Both the position numbers and the translations under genes were made by a program. DNA of 64,000 nucleotides from assembly GCF_009914755.1 (NCBI RefSeq), contig NC_060927.1; one strand, 5' to 3'. This document shows positions 27,760 through 47,699 of this stretch, in pieces. The first letter of the stretch is position 1. The number at the start of each line of letters is the position of its first letter. Source of the DNA: the human T2T-CHM13v2.0 reference genome, Homo sapiens. The notes under the pieces are model-generated. The model had not been told where the DNA came from and did not search any database. It was given only the letters and a program-made list of their open reading frames with translations.

Positions 27760-28780
27760 TTAACTTGTACAAATTCTTCAGATTGTAAAAATGCAATATA
27801 TTCCTGCATAAAAAAGCATCATTTCCACTTATGTTGAATATCCATTTTCTTTATACTCTTGGTTTTCCAATTTATAGTTTTAGAAATATTTGCAAGTTAT
27901 CATGGTATTGACAGCAAATGCCTATGGAAGCTGAGGAATATTTTGCTACATTAAATTATCCATATTGCTGCTAAACATGTATGTACACCAGTCTACTCTA
28001 GACCTCATGCATGAACTGTGTCACCAATGGTTTATACTGGCAACTAAGTGGATGCTGAAGCCTGACATTACAAATACTATTATTTTTATAAATGCAGTCA
28101 AGATAATTTAATTAAAAAAGAACATAAGATTTTAGTTTTTAAAAATAATCTTGAGTTAAAATGTATAATTATAATTACTATTTTGACTTTTAATTTTAAC
28201 AAATACTTCCGAATAATTAAAAATAACTTTTTTGAAAACACTTAACAATGACTTTAAGTTCAGTTTTTACCATTTAATTTCATTTGTATTTTTGATGAAA
28301 TATTAAACATATAAGTAGATTGAATACTATTCCATTTAATTTTCTAATCCTTTAGATTATCATTGTCAATAGAATGTAAAATAAGTAAAATTATGATTAT
28401 GGCAATATAATTAGTAATTTTGCTAAAATCAAGGCCAAAACATTTTTGCAATAAATATGTAATCAAACAATAATTATTTCCTGATTTTATTACTCATCTA
28501 AACATCACTATCTTAATAACTGAACACCCAGAATACAACTTAATAACAATCAAATTCAGTTGCCTTTAATACTTGGCAAACTATCAGCCACATAAGAAAG
28601 ATACCTTCATACATATTTTTATTTTGCATAATGAAGTTATATTTGCCAAAGTAGAAAGATAGAATTAGTTTTATTTAATAGTTTGTTAGATGAATTTATA
28701 ACTTTAAACATTTAGAGATATTGTATATGGGCTTCCATTTATTCTCTTGCCCCAGGGCCCACAAATGTCAGGGTCATAAT
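27760..28780. mobile_element. MER45-family (hAT-Tip100) element
   Basis: AT-rich body ending in tatgggcttccatttattctcttgcccagggcccacaaatgtcaggg, resembling MER45 termini. The left boundary is approximate. Confidence 0.6.
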
Positions 28781-30154
28781 TGAGGGAAACAAAAATTCTT
28801 TCCAAAGTCACAATTTGTGACGTATATCTCTTGAGGAGGGACTATTTACAGTATTGCCTCCTAGATTCACCCTCAGCAAAAACTTTTACTTGGCATGAGC
28901 AATTCTATTTTTATAGCTAAAATGTTGTGGACCTTGATTCACTCTCCAATTAACCTTGGCAAACTTAGAAGATGTGGGGAGTTTGAAGAACTTATAATTC
29001 ATTTCTGCACACACCACCCATGAATCCAGTTCACAATCTATCACTGATCTTACACAGCCCCAGGAGCCTGCTCTGCTGCTGTCCTCCTCAGACCAAACTG
29101 GGTCTCTATGCCTTTTCAGAGCCCCCCCTCCTCCTTCCTTTACTACTCTGGACCTTTCTCTACCTCAGCCTCCTCTACATCAAAATTCTCCTACTTTGTT
29201 TCCCATTCCTCCTGGGCTTGCTCTCTACCTTGCATTAAGGTTTTCCCAAGTCCGGAGTGAGCTCATTAAATCTCTTGCCTTGGAAAGGAGCAAGGTGAGA
29301 GTAACAGGGAAGTCTTGAAGCGCTTCTGAGAGCAGAAATATGGCAGTTAACTCTGGATTCAGGGAAGTAAGTACCCCCAGGCGAGAGAAATGTCTGTGTA
29401 TCAGTTACTTTTGCTCCACAATGAAGGTTGAAAGTGGAGATGTGCAGAATCCTAACTGTGTACTTCCTTCTTACTGGAGTTGCTGTAATAGGGCAGTTTG
29501 TAATTACGTAAGTGGCAGGATTATTTATCTTTTAATTTGTGCTTATTTTTGCTGTAGCTTTCCCTTCACCCACTCCAAGCAAGCAGCCAGTCTTTGTATT
29601 CCTTGTATTGTGAATTTTGCAGGGTCCATTAAGAAATGGCAGGAAGTTGACTCTCTTTCTTTTCTTCTGTGAAAGCTTGAGCTTAGGGGAAATATGATGT
29701 TAGGTATTTCTAGAGAGGAGGAGGGAGAGGTAGCTATACTTGAGGATGGCAGGAAAAGAAAGAGAGGGTTTTTTTTCCATCCCTTGACTGGAAAGCGGAT
29801 GCAAGTCAGGAGGCTCCATGAGCACTGGGGACTGTGTCCTGCCCCACGACAGTTTCTTACAGATAGATCCATAGTTTTAAGGGCATGCCTCACATGTATA
29901 TTTAAGAAAATTGAACCCTAGCTCAATTCTCATTCTTGCCTGTGCCTCCCAAACACAACAACACAGTTGCTGGTTTTAAGCAACCTTGTGCATGTAGACA
30001 ATGAACACAGCAGTAATAACTGTTATGGATCAAAAACCTGATGCCTTGGCACAAGGTGAGGGTATGGGGAGCCCCAGCAATGACTAAGAGACTGAATTTT
30101 CAGCTACTCCAGTGGAATCAGGGCTCATGGTTTAATGTAAGTTTGTTTTGTTAA

Positions 30155-30632
30155 AAAATAACTTTTAGCTTTGGAATAATTTTAGATTTACAGAAAAATT
30201 GCAGAGAGAGTACAGAGAGTCCCCAATATATACCTGACCCAATTTCCCTATTGCTATCATCTTATATTACCATGGAACATTTGTCAAAACTAAGAAACTG
30301 ACACTGATACATTACTATTAACTCAACTCCAGACTTTATTTGGATTTCACCAGTTTTTCCAATGACGTCCCCTTTCTGTTCCAGAATCCTATCCAGGGTA
30401 CCACCTAGCATTTAGTTGTCATGTCTCCCCATCTCTACTGGTCTGTGGCAGTTTCTCAGTCTTTCCTGTTTTTCATTACCTTGGCAGCCTTGATGAACAC
30501 TGGCCAGGTATTTATAGAAAGTCCCCCAGTGTGAGTTTGTCTGATATTTTTCTGGTGATTACACCGGGAATGTGGATTTTTGGAACAAATGCCACCAAGA
30601 TGAAGTGGTCTTCTCATTGCATCATATCAGGG
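30155..30632 (-). mobile_element. L1MC/MD 3' UTR fragment
   Basis: ttggaataattttagatttacagaaaaattgc...cattgcatcatatcagggg. Confidence 0.8.
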
Positions 30633-30788
30633 GCTAAAATTCTTCTCTTTAAAACCAGAAAAATGGACAATTCTCACACATCAGGATTTGTAGGTAAAGA
30701 TTCATCGTTGTCATTTAAACATTCTTATACAAAAGAAGTTCAGACCAGTGTCACCTAAGAGAATCATAACCCTAAGCATTGTAATTGA

Positions 30789-30846
30789 AGGAGAATTCAG
30801 CAGCTCTTGCCTTTCCTCTAGGAGAATTCAGCAGCTCTTGCCTTTC
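30789..30846. repeat. 31-bp-period tandem duplication (aggagaattcagcagctcttgcctttc x2)
   Basis: Seen directly in the sequence. Confidence 0.95.
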
Positions 30847-32589
30847 TTTTAGGTTAGTCAATATTTCCATCAAGACTCCTAACAGACCTTCTTCTGTGTT
30901 CTGCTGTGATTCTGGGACTTGTTTAAATACCGATTTCTTAAGTATTTGAGGAAGTCTTTTGAAATCTTGTTTAAAATCAACTTCCTTGCTCTCTATACTT
31001 TTCATACCCCTTTTGGCTAAATATAATTAGTTTTATTTGAATCTTCATGTTTTTTTTTAAATACATAAACCAAGAGCATACGGTTCCAGGGGCTCAAACC
31101 AGCATTCTCTCATGGTGGTTTCTAGCTTACAGGAACTCATTCATAATAACATATCTAGACTGGGTTTTAATAGTGTGGAATAAATTTAGAATTCATAATA
31201 AGAACCATGAGAAGGACAATTATCAAGGTTATTAAAAACAATTATTTCTTACCTCATTTTCACTACAACTTTCAGCCCTCAGCACATCCAGGTCACCATG
31301 TAGGCATTAATCAAAATGTTTCCTCTAGCACTGCTGGAAATTTTGACCCATGGATAATGATTGATGGTCCCTTCCCAGGGATTGGATGGCTGTTCTCTAG
31401 AGAGGCTGGACATCTGACCCGGGCAGAGAGCATTCACAAGGCATTCACAACTCTCCCACAGCAGGTGTACATCTGTTCCACCAGGATGACATCCTCCTCT
31501 CTTTGTCACAGTTACTTACTCTTATAAAAGAGTTCTTGGATGTTGACATTCTTCTCCTTCTTTGAACAAATAGAAATCTAGAGACTTCACAGAATAGATG
31601 TTGGCTTTTTAATGATTATTTTAGATAGAAATGTTCTGCTGGTCAACAAATGCTAAGACTGATGTTCTTTAAATACACATGTTCTGGTGTGTAATGATGG
31701 AGTTATTAGAGTAAAAGGGGTTCAAGAGATTGCAGATACCTTTATCTTAGCTCTGTCCCACAGAGCAATGGTTCAGTATACTACTGGTTAGTTTGGGAAC
31801 AAGGCTACCATCGTTTTGTTTTTCTCAGCCAAACAAGAACTTACACAACACTCTAACCTTTTCTATGTTGGAAGTAGGAAGATTTCCATTTGCTCCACAG
31901 TGGCGTCTTTACCATAAATATCTTTCCCATTACTTATGTTTTCATTCACAGAGAATAGTTTGATAATGTTCTAAAGGAGAAAAACATAAGGAATGTGTGT
32001 ATGGTTAAAACACCCAACAGATATCAAAATGCAAGTTTCATTGCAGTCAGGCCCATGTGAGTCAGGCTAGCTCTGGGCAGAGGTAGGTAGAAACAAATCT
32101 GAAGAACAGGGAGGAGATAACTATACCAGTGAATCAACCTTTAATTGTAGGCTGACTGTAGATAATGAATCAGTTAACCTGTTCATTTCCACAAATGCAA
32201 ATCCTATGCTACATAAGTTTGGCTTTTACCAATGGGTCTGCCAAGTACAATTTAGGTTGAACCACTAACACAAAGATAAAATAAAAATTCACATTTAATT
32301 TTGTTTTCTAAGGATGTGGAAGGAACTGTATGGTCCATGCTCAAGCACAAGTTATAATTGTCCATTATGTCACTTTCATTAATATGGGCCAATAGAGCTA
32401 GAATGTAACACCTATGCAGCATCAGCAACGCAGTAAAAGTATCTCCTGAAGGACAAGATCTGAATCTGGTAGGATCAATGTTTTCCTCACTAACTTTGCC
32501 ACTTTTGAGGTTTTCAGGACTATTCCTTGCAAGCTAAGGAAATAGGAGGAGTGTCGAGATCAAAGTCGACTCTCCCAAGTTTCTCTCTC

Positions 32590-32878
32590 TTTTTTTTTGA
32601 GACGGAGTCTCACTCTGTTGCCCAGGCTGGAGTGCAGTGGTGTGATCTCGGCTCGCTGCAACCTCCGCCTCCCTAGTTCAAGCGATTCTCCTGCCTCAGC
32701 CTCCTGAGCAGCTGGGATTACAGGCATGTGCCATGACGCCTGGCTGATTTTTGTATTTTTAGTAGAGACATGGTTTCATCATGTTGGCCAGGCTGGTCTC
32801 GAACTGCTGACCTTATGATCAGCCGGCCTTGGCCTCCCAAGGGGCTGGGATTACAGGCATGAGCTACCACGCCCGGCC
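32590..32878 (-). mobile_element. AluS
   Basis: Full Alu reverse complement. Confidence 0.95.
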
Positions 32879-32923
32879 CTCTTGTTTAATACTATTGATA
32901 CGTTATTCAAAAAGAGCAAAATG

Positions 32924-33126
32924 CTGAGGCTTGAGGTCACTTGAGGTCAGGAGTTTGAGACCAGCCTGGCCAACATGGTGAAACTCTGTCTCTACTAAGA
33001 ATACAAAAATTGGCTGAGTGTGCTGGTACATGCCTGTAATCCCAGTTACTCAGGAGGCTGAGGCAGGAGAATCGCTTGAACCCAGGAGTTGGAGGTTGCA
33101 GTGAGCTGAGATCGCGCCACTGCACT
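32924..33126 (+). mobile_element. Alu truncated at both ends
   Basis: tcacttgaggtcaggagtttgagacc...gcgccactgcact. Confidence 0.92.
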
Positions 33127-33189
33127 AAAAGTGGCAAGCTGATCAGAGAAATGTTGTAAAATGCCCTGATTATGGCCCACTTCAATGCT

Positions 33190-33335
33190 ACAATGCTTTA
33201 TATGCATTATCCCCATTTTAGAGACAAAGAAACCAAGGTGTAGGAAGGTAGAATCACTTGCCCAAAGTGACAGTTAGTAAGTGGTGAAGTCAGAATTCAA
33301 ACCCAGAGAATTTGATGCTGGCACCCAAGTGCTTA
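33190..33335. mobile_element. MIR
   Basis: MIR core-like sequence. Confidence 0.7.
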
Positions 33336-33953
33336 GTATGCATCTTTCTCCCTTTCTTTTCTGATCTAGAAAAGATTGCTAAGATAAAATGTTTGAGATA
33401 AACCTAGATTAAAATCATTGATAGGAAAGAAAACCAGTCATGAAATAATCAGGCGTTAGAAAGTTGGGTCATAAATTAACTTGCCAGCACTGAGTAGTAA
33501 CAGAATTAATTGTCTCAGTCTACTTGACTTTAGCTATGTGTTGAAACCAGTCATTTTCCTTAATGATACTTGCAATTTGCTCCCTATCTTCTTGCAATTA
33601 GAAGTTACTTTCAGATCAACTGTGTCAGGCACACAGGCTCCTCTTTTACTATAAAATACCAGGACAACAACTTTAGGAGCTTTTGGAGCCACAGTTAAGA
33701 TTGGGCAAAAAGAACTGACTTCAGCTCATGAGCTGGCTTTTATCTGTGTGAGAAGAATGAAGGACAGGGTTGGGAGACTTACATTGCTTTTCCTTTCACT
33801 GTCTTCATTGGAATCTATTAATTCATTAATTCTAGCCTCCTCTCTGGAATTACACTTTTTTTTTTTTTTTGCCTGTTCTCTCACAAGTCCAGACACAATA
33901 CTTTCACCTTCTGCCCAGAGGACAAAATACTTTTCTGAAATGCCTCAACTGTT

Positions 33954-34035
33954 ATCCATCCAGCCATCCATCTATCCATCCATCCATCCATCCATCCACC
34001 CATCCATCTATCCCTGCCTCCCTCTATCCATCCTT
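33954..34035. repeat. (CCAT)n simple repeat
   Basis: Seen directly in the sequence. Confidence 0.92.
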
Positions 34036-34235
34036 CCACTGTTAAGTGAGACCTTATGAATTAAATCAATCTTATACAATCTCATTACATCATAGAGGAT
34101 TCAATTAGAAAATCCTCAAACCAAAAAAATAACTTCACTTATTACCAATTTAAATGGGAGCAAATAGAACAGTTTGCTTGTCAGATTTCCAAAGCCAAAC
34201 AATTGTGAACAGTGATAAAGAATAGTTTGAACACT

Positions 34236-34725
34236 GCTGTGGCCATGGAGTACACTACCCAGATCTCCTTTCTCTTGGGGAAGAGCTGAGAAGAGGATAG
34301 CCGGCCAAAAGCCTCCAGCTGCTACACCTTCAGACTCACTATGACATTCATGCCAAGGTCATGTTTCCCCACAGCTCCTCAAAGAGAGAGTCTAGAACAC
34401 AGTAGGGGTTCTAGAGCTGGGCCATTTCTGCCCGATATGGAACATGGGCATACTTTGTATTCCAATGGACAATCTTTGCTTGGGTACTCACCATCCACTG
34501 GGTGAGACTTTCTCAGAGCTGTGCTATAGTCAAAGGTGCTTCCTACTCAATACCTCTTCCTTTGCTTTCTCCTTTCAAATGCGTCAGACCTGCATTAAAT
34601 CTAAAGTTTCCCTTTGCCTACTCCTGCTCCTTTCCTATTTTATCCTTCACGGCATTTTCCCCAATAAATCTCTTGTATGGCTGATCTCGTCTTGGCACCT
34701 GCCTCTAAGAGGAACTCAACAGAAA
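34236..34725 (+). mobile_element. ERVL solo LTR (LTR16-like)
   Basis: tgtggccatggag...cccaataaatctcttgta...cttggcacctgcctct: poly(A) signal and an ERVL-type 3' end. Confidence 0.6.
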
Positions 34726-35010
34726 CAAACACCAACTTTTCATGTTTATACATATCACACATACTTGGTCCATTTTCAAGCTGTACTCAACCACAATTTT
34801 GAGTTTTGTGCATCATACATGCGTAATTCCCAAATTTAATACCTGATGTTTAAGCTTGCTCTGAAATCTAAATGCCATATATCCAACTAACTAACAGCTT
34901 TACTTGATACATCCATGTTTAATATCTCATGTCCAATAACTATGTTCTATACTTCAGCCATACTGGATTTCTTTAAAAAAAAACAAAATATTTATATAAA
35001 CATAATGATT

Positions 35011-41888
<6,878 letters not shown>

Positions 41889-41944
41889 ACAATGGCTTTC
41901 TTAAGAGCTGTTACGTAAAATGCCAGAAAATGTTTCCAACTTGG

Positions 41945-42170
41945 GATTTTGGCATTTGCTCTTCTCATGGCCTGGATCACTCTTCCTCCAGATATTCACA
42001 TGGCTGGCTTCTTAACTTTAGTCATAGCTCTGCTTCAGTGCCACCTCCTCCAAGAAGCCTTCCCTAACCTTTCCCTTCCCCAAAGAAGTGCTACATGTGA
42101 AAGCACCACACATCACACAACTCTTCTTTCCCTTACCCTGTTCTGTTTACTTCATAGTACTTACCACTAA
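41945..42170 (+). mobile_element. L2 fragment
   Basis: cacatggctggcttctt...gccacctcctccaagaagccttccctaacc. Confidence 0.7.
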
Positions 42171-42510
42171 CATTTTGTTTAAAAAGAAAGGTCAAAAATT
42201 TTTTAAAAAAGAAAGGAAAAATTAAAGAAAAACTAAACTCTGCTTTTAATTTATCATAACTGACTTGGCTAATTCAGCCAACTTGAGTCTTTAGTAGATT
42301 ATTTGAGCAAATGATCTACTTTTACCAACTAAAAGTTATTAGGAGATTTGGGAGATATTGCTGGTCTACGTATCATCACAATAAGGATGAGAATAGCGAT
42401 ATTGCCAAGTTAGGTATCTTAAATGTATCTGACACTTTTCTGAAATTACATGGATAGGTGTCACTGGTAAAATCTCAAAATGCAGGGACAAAAATCAAAG
42501 CAAACTTTTA

Positions 42511-42825
<315 letters not shown>

Positions 42826-42959
42826 AAAAATCTCCAGTGCAAACATAATTTGAAATTATTTCTTATAGTACCTGAATCACATCAGTAAGTCGTTGGAGAA
42901 AGAAATGGACTTTTTCACGCTCCTGACATTGTACTTGCAATCCAAACAATAGAAGTACT

Positions 42960-43510
42960 GTATAAAACCTTAAAATGTGCATATACTTTGATCTATTAAT
43001 TCTACTTATGGGTCTCTATCCCACAGAAATATCTGCTTATATAGGCAAATATATAGGCATATGCATATTCACTCTGTCATTGTTTATAACAGCAAAAATA
43101 GAAACACTTTAAATGTCTAGCAATGGAGAACTGTCGAAATATATGATGGTACAAACACATAATGGAATTCTCTCCAATAGTTTAAAATAATGTAGACCTA
43201 CACTTTCTAACATGGGGAGATGTTTGTGATTTATTACATGAAGAAATGGATGTTAAAAATTTGTGTGCAGTAAATCCTTCTGTTAAAAATATTGTGTGTA
43301 TAAATACATATGTGTGTATGTATATATATGCATATAGACACATAGTTACCTACATACAAGCATAAGAAAAAACTCTGAAAAGACATTTTTTTGAATTTTA
43401 ATAGATTTGTACATGTGTAAATTATGGGTGTTTTAAATGTTTTCTGCGTATTTTTCTGTAACTTGTAGATACTTTAAAATAATAAGTACACACCAATTTT
43501 TGGAATAAAA
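42960..43510 (+). mobile_element. L1ME-like 3' fragment
   Basis: Degenerate L1 3' region. Confidence 0.6.
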
Positions 43511-45394
43511 AGATTTAAACATATATGATGATCATGTCATGGAATTACAGATTATAAGAGCTGATGGGACTTTGGAATTCATTAAATGCTATTTCGTTCA
43601 AGAGATGCTTCCATTTTACCTAAGAGGAAACTAAGACCCAGAAGAGAAATTGAATTACCCAGGACTCAGATTTATGTCTCTCTCTCTCCAGTCATTCTCC
43701 CATTTTCACACCCCAGCAGGTGCTCAATTAATGCACTGATTGATGTAGTTGGTTGGTATTGATGTGGATGAGTCTGAGGGTGATCTCATTCCACTGTTGA
43801 ACTTTGATAGAAAATTTCACAGTGGGAACAGAGATAGTTCAATTTTTCCCCCTGCAACAATTATGCAAGCCTCTGATTTACATTGATCAGGACATCTCCT
43901 TGGATAGCAAATGAGTTTATTATAGAAGTTGCTCATGTAAGATTTCCTCTGCCTGCGAATGTTTCTAATTATACCTACACTACTCATAGGCCAATTCTTA
44001 GTGATCATTGAGAAAAGCATTTCTCCACATAACACATTTTATTTAGACTTTCTGAATTATTTTGTATAAACGTTATCCTGATAGAGAAACCAGAGCTGAA
44101 GTTGAAAATAAAAGTGTTCTAGATCTAATTGTTGTTATCCTCCCCAAAAGTTTGTAGTGTAAAATAATTTACTGTTGACAAAGAAAGTACATTAATAATA
44201 AAAATTCTGAAACATTATTTGCTAAGGAGGCAAAAAATGCTCAGACTCCAGTTGTATGTTCAACACTGGGCTTGTGAAACTGATTTTTGTGATCTCTTGA
44301 TGATGGAATAGCCAAAAAAGGGAGTCTGTGGGAGTTGCATAATTGTCAAAAGGCCATTAAAATTTTCAATCTAAAATGGAACAGAATTCATGCACTTCTG
44401 CTGAATTTCCCAGTTCTGTGGCTCAACAAAAAATGACCACAAGTTATGGTAACCACCAGTAGGATCTTTTGTTGTCTTGCCTTGGCCTAAAACTGAGAGT
44501 CACAAAATCCTGTGCATCTTCATCAAAGAATCAGCCTTGACACAAAATACCTTCCTTTTGCCACAACTTCGGTGGCGCTGGACATCAATGGAGTTGTTTG
44601 CACATAATAAGGAAAAAAAATAATGACTGTGGGGGAGAAGAACTCTCTGCCATCACCTTTCTTGCCAAAAGCTTACTGCCTGAAAAACTATTATTCAGGG
44701 AGAGAAAGTTTGTATTTATTAGGTAAATCAGAGCCAATCCAGTAGGTATTGGACAGGAGACATTTAATTTCCTCCTCAGTAGGACATCTTACGTGGCATA
44801 ACTGGTCCTTTATACATGGCCTTCTTTAGAAAACTGGTGTGAACTGTAAACTGATTGCATTAAGTAACCACACCACTGAACATTGTTGTCTTAGGTTTGT
44901 TTCTCTTTTTCTTTTTTAAGCTTCTATAGAATGAGTTATCTCCTCAGCAGTGTGACTCACATATTCTGCCCTTTGCCTTTCAGGATATTATTCACTTTGC
45001 ACGAATTAGTCCAGTGCAAGATTGTTGGATGAAAAACATGGCTCAAATGCTCTTGCTCTGTGAGGATAATTAAAAAATTTTCAACATGTCCAGTTTTCTT
45101 GAAAATGTATAGTCCTGATATATATATATAGGTATACTTACACACATGAATGACTGAATGAGAAGTACAGCTTATGAATAGCCTTCCCTATATATTTTAC
45201 TATATACCAAGCTAATCTTTTGTATCAATATACAATTATGTAATATAGCATAAAGAACCCTGGAATGGAATACAAAAACCCTGGGTTCTAGTTTGGGCTC
45301 TGACTCTAGATAGTTGCATGAATTTGAACAAGTCACAATATCAGATTTATTTTTCGTTTTAAATTTTATTTTGTTTTCAGAGAATGGTGTGACT

Positions 45395-46103
45395 ATTTTG
45401 GGGCTCAGAAAATGATACCGCAAAGTAGGGTGTTTTGGTATGCTTTGATTAAAGAAAATTAACGACCTTACAAATTGCTTCAGAATTAAGGTCTCTCTGA
45501 CTTTTCCTTCTTTCTCCCCTAACTGCAAGGGTGGGCTTTCTCTGAAGTTCCTTTATCTGACAGAAGGTAGTTCTTCCAAAAGAAATGCAATTGCCTTAGA
45601 CCCCTCCCTGGAATCTACATTAACCATAAAATGTTAACTCTTATCACAGGAGAGGGAATGAAAAGTCTCCATACCCAGGACACTATGCCTAGACAGACTT
45701 TTCAGCTATTCTTTCAACTATTCTTCCAAGGGCTGTCACCTAAACAACTATCTGCAGAATAAGACAAATTTTATGCATAGTACACTTCTGCCCCTCATCT
45801 TCCCATAGCTTGTTGCCATCTCCTCCAGAGCCCAGAGGAACTTTGTCCAAGGCTGTTATCTACTCTTTATGCCCATTCACTTCCCTTAAAAATTATCTAC
45901 TTTTCCTCTAATCCCTTTCCCCTATGAAAAGGTATTTAAACTTCAATCATCTGGCCCTTCCTTAAGTCTTGTATTTTGTGTGGCTCCTGTGCACATATGC
46001 ACGTTAATCATTGTGTCTGACTTTTCTCCTGTTAATGTTTTTATTGTCCATTTATTTCAACAGACTCAATTACCAAACCTCCAGAGGGCAAGGTTACCCT
46101 TCA
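45395..46103 (+). mobile_element. ERV1 solo LTR (MER34/MER39 group)
   Basis: Starts ttggggctcagaaaatgataccgcaaa and ends aaacctccagagggcaagg..cccttca. Confidence 0.7.
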
Positions 46104-46236
46104 CTGTTAAGGCAAATTATAAAATATGACTATGGTAGATTCCCTTCCCTCCTCTCCCCTCCCCTCCCTTCCTTCTTTCCTTCCTTCCTTCATATTTATT
46201 GTACACGATGTAATAGTTTGGAGAATAAAACTATAA

Positions 46237-46538
<302 letters not shown>

Positions 46539-47699
46539 AAACTATAAACAATGCCATAAACATATCCATCATCTCTAAAAGTTTCTCCCTGCCCTCTTTA
46601 TTAAAAAAATTTTTTTTTGGTGATAAGAACACAACAGAGCGGACCCTGTCTCCAAAACTAAAACAGAGGGCAGCCAAGATGGCCGAATAGGAACAGTTCC
46701 GGTCTACAGCTCCCAGTGTGAGCGACATAGAAGACGGGTGATTTCTGCATTTACATCTGAGGTACCGGGTTCATCTCACTAGGGAGTGCCAGACAGTGGA
46801 CGCAGGACAGTGGGTGCAGCACACTGTGCATGAGACGAAGCAGGGCGAGGCATTGCCTCACTCGGGAAGTGCAAGCGGTCAGGGAGTTCCCTTCCCTAGT
46901 CAAAGAAAGGGGTGACAGACGGCACCTGGAAAATCGGGTCACTCCCACCCGAATACTGCACTTTTCCAATTTGCTTAAAAAATGGCGCACCAGGAGATTA
47001 TATCCTGCACATGGCTTGGAGGATCCTACGCCCACGGAGTCTCACTGATTGCTAGCACAGCAGTCTGAGATCAAACTGCAAGGCGGCAGTGAGGCTGGGG
47101 GAGGGACGTCCGCCATTGCCCAGACTTGCTTAGGTAAACAAAGCAGCCGGGAAGCTCGAACTGGGTGGAGCCCACCACAGCTCAAGGAGGCCTGCCTGCC
47201 TCTGTAGGCTCCACCTCTGGGGGCAGGGCACAGACAAACAAAAAGACAGCAGTAACCTCTGCAGACTTAAATGTCCCTGTCTGACAGCCTTGAAGAGAGC
47301 AGTGGTTCTCCCAGCACACAGCTGGAGATCTGAGAACGGACAGACTGCCTCCTCAAGTGGGTCCCAGACCCCTGGCCCCTGAGCAGCCTAACTGGGAGGC
47401 ACCCCCCAATAGGGGCAGACTGACACCTCACACGACCGGGTACTCCTCTGAGACAAAACTTCCAGAGGAACGATCAGATGGCAGCATTCGCGGTTCAGGA
47501 AAATCTGCTGTTCTGCAGCTACTGCTGCTCATACCCAGGTAAACAGGGTCTGGAGTGGACCTCTAGCAAACTCCAACAGACCTGCAGCTGAGGGTCCTGT
47601 CTGTTAGAAGGAAAACTAACAAACAGAAAGGACATCCACACCAAAAACCCATCTGTACATCACCATCATCAAAGACAAAAAGTAGATAAAACCACAAAG

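Noticed and set aside
47042-47116. L1 ORF0 in the L1PA3/4 5' UTR
   Set aside because: The ATG is present (MADVPPPASL...) but CGA>TGA stops it after 24 codons. The listed 46751-47035 ORF is only the downstream remainder.
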